DNA of 64,000 nt from Candidatus Woesearchaeota archaeon. Its GTDB lineage: Archaea; Nanobdellota; Nanobdellia; Woesearchaeales; UBA10216. A program made the translations under genes and the position numbers. The notes below the pieces were generated by a model that saw only the letters and a list, made by a program, of their open reading frames with translations, was not told the DNA's origin and made no database searches. Below, piece after piece: positions 39,685-49,154 of the stretch (the first letter of the stretch is position 1; every line of letters begins with the position of its first letter). Location of the stretch: contig JACPBX010000003.1 of assembly GCA_016180085.1 (NCBI GenBank), positions 32,001-96,000 of the forward strand, in the 5' to 3' direction.

Positions 39685-42600
39685 TCAAATCATATTACAA
39701 TTATTTTTCCCGTTAGTCCCGAATAAACCATTTTCTGAAACTGTCTGACTCTTTAAAAACGATTTGATAAGGTTTTTAACCACCCGGTCATCAGGTAAAA
39801 CTGGCGGTATAAACGTGTGATATCTGTTATCGAAACTTGCGTACCACTTATTGCTTGAGTTTATGTTACTGCACGCTTCTGCTATGTCTGCGTTCGCTAC
39901 AATGCCATCAGTGTTTTGCCCTAATGGGTGTGGTGCTTTTAAATAAAAAGGATACTGCAGCGGGATCAAAATTGTGTCAAGTTTACCTTGGATAAGCAAA
40001 GTGTTATTCAAAACAACATTGTGTCCTAACTTTGGTTTGTTCGGGTCATTTATCCAACTAAGAAATTCCTCATAAACGTGTATTGACATTTTAGGGCCTA
40101 ATGAATCAGCGCCTTGCCCTGCCAAGTAAAGCAGCAGTTCTTTAGGTTTTGTGAAAGGGAAATACGAAGGGGGAGAAGCCGTTAATTTATCAACGTTTTT
40201 GCCTAACTCAACAACTAAATTTGCCATAGTAACGTGCTTTTTGCCTTGGTCCTTTAAATCTTGAATAATGCCAAAAGAGCTTTCAGACTCCTTTAAAAGC
40301 CAAGTCAAAGAGGCCAACTTGGTAAAGTTTCCCGGGCATCCTATCCCTACGAACGTGTCCACTGGATAAGGTGACAAATTTGTAAACTTGTACTGTCCTG
40401 TGTCGTAGTCAAAGTAGTATCCTGTATTGTTTTTGCCCGTCTGGTGCGCTTCCAAGCTCTCAAGAGCTGCTGAGCAGCCCAAGCTGAAGCCTACGTAGTC
40501 AATCTTGTTTTTGCCGCTGTATTTCTGAATTCCTGCTATTGATGCAGGCCAATAAAAGTCCCTTAAGTCATTAAATGTGTAATTAGGGCAGTTGCTGCCA
40601 CAGCCATCGGCACTGGTGTCATCAGTGTAAGGACCTCCAACCATCTCAATAAGCCACGCATCAAAACCCTCACCAGTAAGCTCACGAGCGAAGTCCTGCC
40701 ATGAAAAGAGATTACTATGAATACCCCTGCTTAAGACCACTGGCTTGTCACTGATGCCGGTTGCGTTCCGGTAGTTAGCAGAGAAATCGCTGTTAACATT
40801 TTTTACCCTCAGAATCGTTGAGTTGCCGTAAGATGTGCTGCTCAAAGTTTTCACTGGCTTTACGGCTACTTCAAAATTGTTGTCAAAAAGAATCTTCCTA
40901 ACGTCATTCGCGAGCGTGATATTATTATTCCTCATGTGCAGCTTAGTCTCATTCCTCGTCATTAAGTCCATTACTGATATTCCAAGAGTGTCATAATCAT
41001 CAACGTATACTGTGAAATATTTGCTATAAGCGCCTTTATTCAAAAAGATGTTCCTGGCATTAATAAGGCGCTTAACAGCGGCAACATCGCCCTGTATTTT
41101 ATTACCGTAGGCCAAAATCTCAGGTTTGCCGCTATAGCTATTGACAAAGTCAGGACCGCTCTTAACGACTCCTGCATAGTCTTTTTGCATGGACTTAGCA
41201 CTACCCAATATCGTACTGGTTATATTAAACGGCTCGGAATTTGACACTCTCGGATGGCCCACAATAATTACGACATCCGCGTCCGAACTGCTTGCCGGCT
41301 CAACAAAAGTGCTGATGTATTCCTTTATAAGCTCGTTCAGGATGGAGAAAGAGGGGTCCAGCCGGACATCAACGTATGCCTTGATTGGCTTTACAGCAGC
41401 CCTGAAAACGTAGTTGTTTGTCTCGTCATCCTCCTTAACTGCGTCGTTAGAGTCCACGTATATGTGCAGGAAATCAGTTGATGCTATACTGCTTAAAGTG
41501 AATGAGGCGTTTTTTTCAGAACCTGCAGTTAACGAAATAGTTGTTGATTTGCTTTCCTTTGTGACGCCTTCTTCGTCCAGTCTATAAACCGTAACTTGCA
41601 CATTAGACGTTACGCTGGAAGAATGAACTGTAACGTTCACCCCCTTACTTGTTATGTTAACACAAACATCACTCTGCGTAATGTAAAGATCATTTTTGGG
41701 GCTGCACTTGGTGCATTCGAAGTATAGAAAATCAACGTCTCCATTACTGTCTATTTGTGTTGTTTTGGCGTCACAAACAGTGCTGTTATCAGAACACTTT
41801 ACAGTAACGTTCTGGTCAGAGCTACATGTGACATTAAGGTTCAGTATCCTTTGGCCGAGGCTGTCAGTAGTGCCGTTATAGGTGGCATTCCAGTAAACGT
41901 TAAGGCCTGAAAGTGGAGCCCCGCTGCTGTCCTCGGTAAGCATTTCTATTGAGCCTGTGCAGTAGGTGGGTGGTCCTTTGCAGTAGCCGGAAGTACACAG
42001 GATGCCGCCATCATCATTCCAGCAGTCGCTGTCTTGGGAGCAAGGCTGGCCAACTGCTTTTTTGCATGGTAAAGCTGGAGTAGTGGGGTTCGTTGTGACA
42101 TTTTCATCATGGTCTGAGTCACAAACATAGCTTGGTCCTGCCTTTACAGCGCACGAAAGCATAGCATTGGTATAAAACACGCTATCCGTATATCCTCCAC
42201 CGCCGCAAGTCCTGTTGGTATACTTAAACTGCTGATAGTAATTGTTGCTGCCATCATTTACGCAAACGTGCTTCTCATCAGTCGCCCAGCCGCCGCAATT
42301 GCCAGAATAGCAATCTGCGTTTTGAGTGCAGATATGGTTTACCGTAGAGCCATCTTGGAGTGTGCACGGCACCGGGATACTTCCCGTTCTCGTAGTTACT
42401 TCCTGGTCGTCATGAGGTGTATGCGCGGTATTTGGGTCGCAAACAGTATTCTGTTTAAAATTCAGGCAGCTTAAGTCACTCTTAATGTTTTTCCAGTCAG
42501 TAGCACCTGAACCGTTTTTTCCCTCTAAATCGTAATTATCTGTGCCTGCCTTGTTGTTGTCAGCCTCCTCAGTAGCACTTGCATCACAATCATACTTTTG

Positions 42601-43137
42601 AGGATTAACAACCCAAAAGCTAACTTTAACCAACGAATCTGAATGCATATCACTTTCTGAATTGTCGCAATCGTAATAGACCGTTGCGTTCACGTCACTT
42701 TTCTGAATATTTGACGTATCAACTCCACTACAGCCGTCACATACTCTTTGCGGGACATCAACTCCTTCCTTGCAATTCGCTTCGATATCGCAACTGGCTT
42801 TATTGGCATCGTTCATGTTTTGGGGAATTGAGAAAGAATCACAATCATTTACCCCACAACTCGAACCACAGCCATTCGAATCGTAATAGCAGTTGTCGAA
42901 TGTTCCGTCATTGTTCCAGTCTAGGCAAACAAAGTCGGCAGAGGCACCAGCAATACCGTTCACTTCAAAGGCTATGTCATCATCAGTCCAAATAACACCA
43001 TCATCTAACCCTGCCCCATTCACAGCCCAATCATCATAATAGTCAATTATAGGTAAAGCCACTGCAAAAAGTGGCAATAGTAACATAAGCAAAGAAAAGT
43101 TCAAAATACTAAAGGCTGCCTTGTTCATTTCATTCAC
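39685..43137 (-). CDS. Secreted Cys-rich/CARDB protein with C-terminal alpha/beta-hydrolase (lipase-like) domain
   Basis: Signal FSILNFSLLMLLLPLFAVA; Cys-rich N-terminal half (CTQNADCYSGNC, CSQDSDC); CARDB signature IYVDSNDAVKEDDETNNY; YVGFSLG...TDGIV...YHT triad. Confidence 0.88.
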   Translation of the reverse strand: MNEMNKAAFSILNFSLLMLLLPLFAVALPIIDYYDDWAVNGAGLDDGVIWTDDDIAFEVNGIAGASADFVCLDWNNDGTFDNCYYDSNGCGSSCGVNDCDSFSIPQNMNDANKASCDIEANCKEGVDVPQRVCDGCSGVDTSNIQKSDVNATVYYDCDNSESDMHSDSLVKVSFWVVNPQKYDCDASATEEADNNKAGTDNYDLEGKNGSGATDWKNIKSDLSCLNFKQNTVCDPNTAHTPHDDQEVTTRTGSIPVPCTLQDGSTVNHICTQNADCYSGNCGGWATDEKHVCVNDGSNNYYQQFKYTNRTCGGGGYTDSVFYTNAMLSCAVKAGPSYVCDSDHDENVTTNPTTPALPCKKAVGQPCSQDSDCWNDDGGILCTSGYCKGPPTYCTGSIEMLTEDSSGAPLSGLNVYWNATYNGTTDSLGQRILNLNVTCSSDQNVTVKCSDNSTVCDAKTTQIDSNGDVDFLYFECTKCSPKNDLYITQSDVCVNITSKGVNVTVHSSSVTSNVQVTVYRLDEEGVTKESKSTTISLTAGSEKNASFTLSSIASTDFLHIYVDSNDAVKEDDETNNYVFRAAVKPIKAYVDVRLDPSFSILNELIKEYISTFVEPASSSDADVVIIVGHPRVSNSEPFNITSTILGSAKSMQKDYAGVVKSGPDFVNSYSGKPEILAYGNKIQGDVAAVKRLINARNIFLNKGAYSKYFTVYVDDYDTLGISVMDLMTRNETKLHMRNNNITLANDVRKILFDNNFEVAVKPVKTLSSTSYGNSTILRVKNVNSDFSANYRNATGISDKPVVLSRGIHSNLFSWQDFARELTGEGFDAWLIEMVGGPYTDDTSADGCGSNCPNYTFNDLRDFYWPASIAGIQKYSGKNKIDYVGFSLGCSAALESLEAHQTGKNNTGYYFDYDTGQYKFTNLSPYPVDTFVGIGCPGNFTKLASLTWLLKESESSFGIIQDLKDQGKKHVTMANLVVELGKNVDKLTASPPSYFPFTKPKELLLYLAGQGADSLGPKMSIHVYEEFLSWINDPNKPKLGHNVVLNNTLLIQGKLDTILIPLQYPFYLKAPHPLGQNTDGIVANADIAEACSNINSSNKWYASFDNRYHTFIPPVLPDDRVVKNLIKSFLKSQTVSENGLFGTNGKNNCNMI
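40825..41127 (-). repeat. 303-bp anchor repeat, copy A (within the full-length gene)
   Basis: Encodes KPEILAYGNKIQGDVAAVKRLINAR...TLSSTSYG. Confidence 0.9.
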
Positions 43138-43786
43138 TTGTGCGGTTAATGCTTTCTCTATGGACTTTCATCCTTTCCCACCGAGCAAACGTCCCTTTTT
43201 TGATGCACTCATTAGCTGAGCAGGAATCACATTCTTCAACCTGGCCGTAATCTGTGCCGTTACAATAAAGCCAATGCAGGTTTCCATCAACGCATTCGTA
43301 ATGGTCGGCAAGGCTGCATTCATGATCAGAGCCTACGTAGAATGTATCTATGTTGGAATTAATAACGCCATCTAAGTCTTTGAAATTTCCTCTATGCCTA
43401 GTAAGCCATCCAGAAACGTAACTCGTTCCACCAGAAGCAAGGTAAACATCCTCCCCATTTACCTTTAAATGGGTGCCTTGCTGAGTTACAGGTTCAATAA
43501 GCTCTACTGAAAGCTCATGTTTTTCAGGTCCCGTCAATTTTTCAAAAACCTGTGATGTTCTGTTCATTGACAGAAGAACACCGGTAACGTGTTTAACTCT
43601 CTCTTCATAAGCGATATGTGATAAGCTCTTTTCTCCCGTCGCTAACCTGTTCACGATTTCTTGGATTTCAGTAGCATTCGCAAAAACAAGATAGCTGAGA
43701 AAAGTCAAGCTAACTACAAGCGCAATCAAAAGAACAAATAATTGTTTTTTAACTTTAACCGCCCCATTTAAATATGGCTGCTTCAA
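43130..43786 (-). CDS. Secreted or membrane-anchored hypothetical protein with Cys-rich C-terminus
   Basis: TM LFVLLIALVVSLTFLSYLVFA; HECSLADHYECVDG...YC...EECDSCSANEC; stop overlaps the start of the 1150-aa gene. Confidence 0.7.
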   Translation of the reverse strand: MKQPYLNGAVKVKKQLFVLLIALVVSLTFLSYLVFANATEIQEIVNRLATGEKSLSHIAYEERVKHVTGVLLSMNRTSQVFEKLTGPEKHELSVELIEPVTQQGTHLKVNGEDVYLASGGTSYVSGWLTRHRGNFKDLDGVINSNIDTFYVGSDHECSLADHYECVDGNLHWLYCNGTDYGQVEECDSCSANECIKKGTFARWERMKVHRESINRTSE

Positions 43787-43924
43787 CAGCCAAATCCCAA
43801 CTTCAAGCTAACCGACAATGTTGACTATTTAAACCTTTGCGTGGCTTCCGGAAGTTTTCCGACGAGAAATGGAAGTTTTTCAAAGCATTTCCGTAGTTTT
43901 TTGGCTGCTGGTGATTCGTCTTAG

Positions 43925-45034
43925 CTACGGCTTAAAGCTGCGCACCGCAGCTGCAACAGCCTCAATCTCTTCGTTTGTGAGTTCAGGGAACATTGGGAGC
44001 GATAGCACCTCTGCGGCTGCTTTTTCCGCAACAGGGTATCTTTGGCTGTTGTATTCTGAGTAGGCCTTTTGCTTGTGTATGGGTATCGGATAGTGTATCA
44101 GCGTGTCTATTCCTTTTGCCTTCAAATGCTGCTGGAGCCTGTCCCTCTGTTTGCTCCTTATTACGTAAAGGTAATATGCGTGTTTTCCGTATTTGGCCTC
44201 CATTGGCATTATCACATCAGCCTTGGAAAGTGCGCTGTTGTATTCAGTTGCTATTTGCCTTTTTTTCTCCACCCACCTGTCAAGGTGCTTCAGCTTTACG
44301 AGCAGGATGGCTGCCTGCAGCTCGTCGAGCCTGCTGTTGAAGCCTTTGGTTATGTGCTCGTATTTCTTCTTCTCCCCGTAGTTCCTTAACAGGAAAGAGT
44401 TCTCGGCAATCTCGCCGTTGTTCGTGACTATAGCCCCGGCGTCTCCATATGCCCCAAGGTTTTTCGTCGGGTAGAAGCTGTAGCAGGCAACATCGCCAAG
44501 AACTTCCCTTTTGCCCTTGTATTCTGCGCCGTGGCTCTGGGCAGCGTCTTCCACAACTATTATGTTGCGTTTCTCGGCTATCTCCATTATGGGGCCCATA
44601 TCTGCGTATTGGCCATACATGTGCACCGGAATAACGGCTTTTGTTTTTGCAGTTATTGCTGCCTCTATTTTCTCAGGGTCTATGCAGTAAGTGTCTTCCC
44701 TGGCGTCCACAAATACCGGCTTTGCGCCGCAGTAGCTTGCTGCGAGGGCGGTTGCTATGAATGTGTGCGCAGGCACTATCACCTCATCACCTGGACCTAC
44801 GCCTGCTGCCCTGAGCGCTATGTGCAGTGCCTCTGTGCCTGAGCCCACGCTTATGCACTGTTTCGCTTTGGCATACTTTGCGAAGGCTTTTTCGAATTCC
44901 TCAACCTTCTCTCCTAGTATGAACCTGCCTTTTTCCAGCACTTCGCTTATTGCAGCGTCTATCTCGCGCTTTATGCTGTGGTATTGCCTTTTCAGGTCCA
45001 GAAACGGCACAAATACAGACTCATGTTTTCTCAT
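43925..45034 (-). CDS. DegT/DnrJ/EryC1/StrS sugar aminotransferase
   Basis: GSGTEALHIAL, PVHMYGQ, EDAAQSHGA, SFYPTKNLGAYGDAG, NSRLDELQAA. Confidence 0.96.
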   Translation of the reverse strand: MRKHESVFVPFLDLKRQYHSIKREIDAAISEVLEKGRFILGEKVEEFEKAFAKYAKAKQCISVGSGTEALHIALRAAGVGPGDEVIVPAHTFIATALAASYCGAKPVFVDAREDTYCIDPEKIEAAITAKTKAVIPVHMYGQYADMGPIMEIAEKRNIIVVEDAAQSHGAEYKGKREVLGDVACYSFYPTKNLGAYGDAGAIVTNNGEIAENSFLLRNYGEKKKYEHITKGFNSRLDELQAAILLVKLKHLDRWVEKKRQIATEYNSALSKADVIMPMEAKYGKHAYYLYVIRSKQRDRLQQHLKAKGIDTLIHYPIPIHKQKAYSEYNSQRYPVAEKAAAEVLSLPMFPELTNEEIEAVAAAVRSFKP

Positions 45035-45660
45035 TTGCTTTTGCCGTTTTTGTGTTTTTCGTACACCGGCTTTCCATATTCGTCTTTTAGGCCGTATATG
45101 CTGCAGACAGGCTTTGCCGGGTTTCCGAAGGCTACGGTCTCCTTTGGTATGTCTTTTGTGACCACGCTTCCGCTGCCAACAAGCGCCCTTTCGCCAATTG
45201 TCACGCCAGGCAAAATCGTCACGTTGGCCCCTATTTGCGCCCCTTTTTTTATCCTGGGTCCGTCCTTTCCGGCAATTTCAGGCGTGCTTAGCCTGCTGCC
45301 TGGGTATTTGTCGTTGGTTGTCACTGTGCCTGGCCCTATGAACACGCCATCCTCTATGGCTGTGCCCTGGGCTATGTAGCAGTTGCAGTGCACCTTTACG
45401 TTATCCCCGATTTTGCAGCCATAATCCACAACAGAGTTGTTCCACAGCCTGAAATTTTTTCCTATGGCGTTCTCTTCCCTTATTACAGAGTTGTGGCCTA
45501 TTATCAGCCCATCGCCTATCTTCACGCCCTCATACACGATGCTGCTGCTTAGAAATTTTGCGTTCTTCCCTATCCGGGCTGTTTTGTCTTTTACGCTTCT
45601 CAGGCTTTTTTCACCTATGGCTGCGTTGCTGCCGATTTTCCATGTAGGGTCAGTTTTCAT
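45031..45660 (-). CDS. Hexapeptide-repeat sugar N-acetyltransferase
   Basis: Left-handed beta-helix repeats; FIGPGTVTTNDKYP; IGANVTILPGVTIG; GSGSVVTKD. Confidence 0.92.
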   Translation of the reverse strand: MKTDPTWKIGSNAAIGEKSLRSVKDKTARIGKNAKFLSSSIVYEGVKIGDGLIIGHNSVIREENAIGKNFRLWNNSVVDYGCKIGDNVKVHCNCYIAQGTAIEDGVFIGPGTVTTNDKYPGSRLSTPEIAGKDGPRIKKGAQIGANVTILPGVTIGERALVGSGSVVTKDIPKETVAFGNPAKPVCSIYGLKDEYGKPVYEKHKNGKSK

Positions 45661-45676
45661 TTCCTTGCTACCAAGG

Positions 45677-46669
45677 CTACCAGTAATGGTGCCTGTTTTG
45701 CCTATAAAAAGTGATTGTTGCCTTTATGCCCTGTGCCAGGGCTGTTTTTGGCTTCCATTGCAGCAGCTTTTTTATTTTAGTGATGTCTGCAACAAAGTTT
45801 CCCGGCTCAAGTTGTTTTGTTTCGTTTGGGTATGGGATGAATTTGTAGCTTCCGCTTCCATTTGCTTTTATCACTTCCTTTGCAAGCTCGGCAAAGCTTG
45901 TGCCTTTTCCTGTTGCCACGTTGAGCACTTCGCCAGCCGATTTCCCGTTCTCGGCTGCTGCCATGGTTGCTATGAAAGCGTCGCAGCAGTCTTCAACGTA
46001 AAGGTAATCCCTCAGCGTTTTCCCGTCGCCCATGACTGTTATGGGCATGCCTTCCATGGCAAGCCTTATGAACCAGTTTACCACGCCGTACGGCTTCCGC
46101 ATCTGGTGCCTTGGGCCGTATGTGTTCGTTATCCTGAGGCAGCAGGTTTTTATGCCGTGAAGCCTGTTGTACATGAGCATCATCTGCTCTGCCGCCAGGC
46201 TTGTTATGGCGTACATCCCAAGCGGCTTTGTGGGGAATTCCTCTGTTACAGGAAGCCCTCCAGCAGCCCCGTACTGCGCCCTTGTGCCTGAGTAAATAAT
46301 CGTTGCTGTGTCGTTGTTTTTCCTGCATTCCTCGAGTAGCGTCAGTGTCCCGTTGCACCTTATGTCCAGGTCCTCAAAAGGCAGCTCCACGCTCCTGTGG
46401 TGGTCCACTTGCCCTGCAAGGTGGAAGATGACGTCCTTCCCTTTAACAGCCTCTGCAACTATTTTCTTATCCCTGACATCACCGGTTATGACCTTTATTT
46501 TATCCTTGACTTTCTGGATGTTGAATTCGTTGCCTCCCAAGCCGGGTATCAGCGCGTCAATTACTGTTACATCTGCGCCGAGCTTTGCCAGCTGCATTGC
46601 CAGGCTGCTTCCTATGAAGCCCAGGCCGCCTGTTATCAGGGCCTTTTTGCCTTTGAGGCTTTTTTGCAT
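45677..46669 (-). CDS. NAD-dependent epimerase/dehydratase
   Basis: GGLGFIGS, FHLAGQ, YAITS in place of YxxxK, RITNTYGPR, DYLYVED. Confidence 0.9.
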   Translation of the reverse strand: MQKSLKGKKALITGGLGFIGSSLAMQLAKLGADVTVIDALIPGLGGNEFNIQKVKDKIKVITGDVRDKKIVAEAVKGKDVIFHLAGQVDHHRSVELPFEDLDIRCNGTLTLLEECRKNNDTATIIYSGTRAQYGAAGGLPVTEEFPTKPLGMYAITSLAAEQMMLMYNRLHGIKTCCLRITNTYGPRHQMRKPYGVVNWFIRLAMEGMPITVMGDGKTLRDYLYVEDCCDAFIATMAAAENGKSAGEVLNVATGKGTSFAELAKEVIKANGSGSYKFIPYPNETKQLEPGNFVADITKIKKLLQWKPKTALAQGIKATITFYRQNRHHYW

Positions 46670-46672
46670 GCC

Positions 46673-47818
46673 CTATTGCACCCTTGCAGGATTTTTAAAC
46701 GTTGCCCTGATTGCAGTGTTCAGCTTTTTCCCAAGGCTTTGCCATGTGAAGTCTGCCAGCATTTTCCTGTAATTCACCTTTTCCATGCCCAACGCAGCTT
46801 CAATCTTTGTTGCCATGTCGCCAGCGTCATTCGGCCTGCAAATAAGCTGCTCATAGCCCTTCAGCACCTTGCGCATCTCTCCCACGTCTGTGCACACGAT
46901 TGGCTTGTCAAGCGCCATGTAGTCCATGAGCTTGTATGGCGTGTACATGACCCTTGTGAATTCGTTGTCTTCATAAGCAACAACCAGCACGTCTGAGGCG
47001 TTGAGGTAATATAGCAGCGCTTTGTATGGCACAGAGGCAACTGTGATTATCCTTCCGCCCGAGGCATCCGCGGCCCTTGAGTATTTGTTTTTCACTTCAT
47101 TCCCGATGAGCATCAGCATGGCATTTTTGTTTCTCTCCCTGACGGTGTTGAATGCCTTTATGAGCGTGTCTATTCCTGCGCCCCTTACCCCTCCGCTGTA
47201 TGTTATTATCTTGTCATTCAGTGGCAGGTCGGTTAGTTTCCTGCATTCTTCCTGAGGCAGCGGCTTGTACAGCTGCAGGTCTATCCCGTTTGGTATTGTA
47301 ACTACAGGCCCTCGCCCTTTCCTTGCCTTAAGCGCCGCATGCGCAAGGATATTGCTCGCGCACGTCACCATGCTGCTTTTCCTCATTACGTGGTTATTTA
47401 CAAGCCTGCTGGCAAGCTTCTGGATAATGCCTGTTTTCAGCAGCGGGAAATTGCCGAACTCGTATGTTTCGTAGTTGTCCCTCACGTCATAGACAACCGG
47501 CCTTTTTTTCGCTGCAGCAATTGCAACCAGCCCCAAAAGCGGGTGCGAGGTTGCAACTATAATCTCGTTTTCAGCCGCCATCCTTTTTGCGGCAGCAAGG
47601 AAATTTGTTATGCTCGCTATGGCGAAAGGGCATATCTCGACCTTCATTCCGTTGAGTTTCTTTGTAGCCTTTTCTTTCTTGGCTTGGTCGGCGCACAGGA
47701 TTGTTACCTGGTGGCCGAGCCTTTGCAGCTCTGACGCCAGCCTGACTTCCCTCCCGAAGTTCTCCTCTATCTGGTCCTTGCCGGAGGAGAACCTTTTCAT
47801 CACGACGAGTATTTTCAT
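46673..47818 (-). CDS. Glycosyltransferase family 4
   Basis: IPNGIDLQLY; PYKLMDYMALDKPIVCTDVG. Confidence 0.88.
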   Translation of the reverse strand: MKILVVMKRFSSGKDQIEENFGREVRLASELQRLGHQVTILCADQAKKEKATKKLNGMKVEICPFAIASITNFLAAAKRMAAENEIIVATSHPLLGLVAIAAAKKRPVVYDVRDNYETYEFGNFPLLKTGIIQKLASRLVNNHVMRKSSMVTCASNILAHAALKARKGRGPVVTIPNGIDLQLYKPLPQEECRKLTDLPLNDKIITYSGGVRGAGIDTLIKAFNTVRERNKNAMLMLIGNEVKNKYSRAADASGGRIITVASVPYKALLYYLNASDVLVVAYEDNEFTRVMYTPYKLMDYMALDKPIVCTDVGEMRKVLKGYEQLICRPNDAGDMATKIEAALGMEKVNYRKMLADFTWQSLGKKLNTAIRATFKNPARVQ

Positions 47819-47882
47819 ATTCTCACATTCTCATGTGGCGGTTGTGTGCCAGAATCGTATTTAAAGGTTTGGTAGAACGGGT

Positions 47883-48164
47883 CTAATGGTTCTTTTCTGC
47901 CTTCCCTGTTGTTTTGCCGTAATGGTACTTCATAAGTATCAGAGTGATATTTAACGCAATGCCTGCTATGTTTGCGGCTATTATGACTATATCTTTCTTG
48001 CTGATGCCGTAACTAAGCCAAAGGCTCATTCCCAAAGTAAGCGATGCGTTCATCAGGTATGATAAGTCCCCGAGGTGTTTTGTTTTGTAGCCCTTTATTA
48101 TCTGCGGCACAAAGCCGAATGTCGTTAGTATTCCGGCTGCAAACCCGACGATTTCCCAGTTCAT
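47883..48164 (-). CDS. SemiSWEET (PQ-loop) sugar transporter
   Basis: GILTTFGFVPQIIKGYKTK...DLS...LWLSYG...IIAAN; 3 TM, 93 aa. Confidence 0.92.
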   Translation of the reverse strand: MNWEIVGFAAGILTTFGFVPQIIKGYKTKHLGDLSYLMNASLTLGMSLWLSYGISKKDIVIIAANIAGIALNITLILMKYHYGKTTGKAEKNH

Positions 48165-49147
48165 TCTTCTTCCAGCTTTTTAATAAAATCTCTGTACCAC
48201 TGCACCGTTTCCTTCAACCCTTCGTCAAGCTTAAACCTTGGTTTCCATCCAAGCACTTTTCCGGCCTTTGTCCAGTCAAGGTATTGCTCCTGAAGCTCGT
48301 TTTTCGCCTCGTTGAGTATTTGTGGCTCCAGGTTTTTCCCGGCAGCAGCAATAATTTTTTTTACCAGTTCCAACACACTAACCGGCTGCTCAGTCCCGAA
48401 GTTGAATGCCTCGCCAGCCACTTCTTCCTTGTCAAGCTGCTCTGCAAGCGTAATGTAGGCGGCCACAACGTCAAGGACGTAAATGTAATCCCGTATTGGA
48501 GTGCCATCGCTGCGGATTATCGGGCTTTCATTGTTCAGCACGGCCTTTATCGTGCCGGGGATTATCCTGCTCCAGTTCAAATCCCCCCCGCCATAGATGT
48601 TGCCGCATCTTGTAACGGCAACCGGCAGGCCGTAAGTCTTTGCGTATGCCCTTGCAAGCATGTCTGTGCAGCTCTTCGACACTTCGTAAGGGGTTAATCC
48701 GTTCAGGCAGAAGTCTTCCATGTACGGCAGCTTTTCATGCTTCCCATATGCCTTGTCGCTTGACGCAACCACGGTTCTTTTTACGCCGAGCTGCCTGCAT
48801 GCCTCGAGCACGTTCCATGTTCCTTTTATGTTTGTCTCGAAAGTTTGCAGCGGGGATTTGTTTGCCACTCCAACTATAGCCTGGGCAGCCAGGTGGAAGC
48901 AAACCTCTGCGCCGGTCTCTTTCATCGCCTTCTCAACAGCATTGTAGTCCTCTATGGTTCCCTTGACCGTGTTAACCTGGTCAGCTACTCCAATGAACTC
49001 AAGGCTTGAGCCCTTGACTGGGTCACGGATTATGCATGTGACGTTTGCTTCCTTTTTCACGAGGTCGCTGACAAGCCAGCTTCCCACAAAGCCATTCCCG
49101 CCTGTTACGAACACGTTCCTGTCTTTCCAGTCAAAAGTCATTTTCAT
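48161..49147 (-). CDS. rfbG: CDP-glucose 4,6-dehydratase-like SDR
   Basis: VFVTGGNGFVGSWL, FHLAAQAIV, ETNIKGT, SSDKAY, PYEVSKSC, RCGNIYGGGD; adjacent to rfbF. Confidence 0.8.
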   Translation of the reverse strand: MKMTFDWKDRNVFVTGGNGFVGSWLVSDLVKKEANVTCIIRDPVKGSSLEFIGVADQVNTVKGTIEDYNAVEKAMKETGAEVCFHLAAQAIVGVANKSPLQTFETNIKGTWNVLEACRQLGVKRTVVASSDKAYGKHEKLPYMEDFCLNGLTPYEVSKSCTDMLARAYAKTYGLPVAVTRCGNIYGGGDLNWSRIIPGTIKAVLNNESPIIRSDGTPIRDYIYVLDVVAAYITLAEQLDKEEVAGEAFNFGTEQPVSVLELVKKIIAAAGKNLEPQILNEAKNELQEQYLDWTKAGKVLGWKPRFKLDEGLKETVQWYRDFIKKLEEE

Positions 49148-49154
49148 CTTGTTT

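Noticed and set aside
36639-41127. Assembly-artefact duplication
   Set aside because: The copies differ at many synonymous and amino-acid positions and are separated by unique genes, so an exact-repeat misassembly is unlikely (long reads would still be the definitive test).
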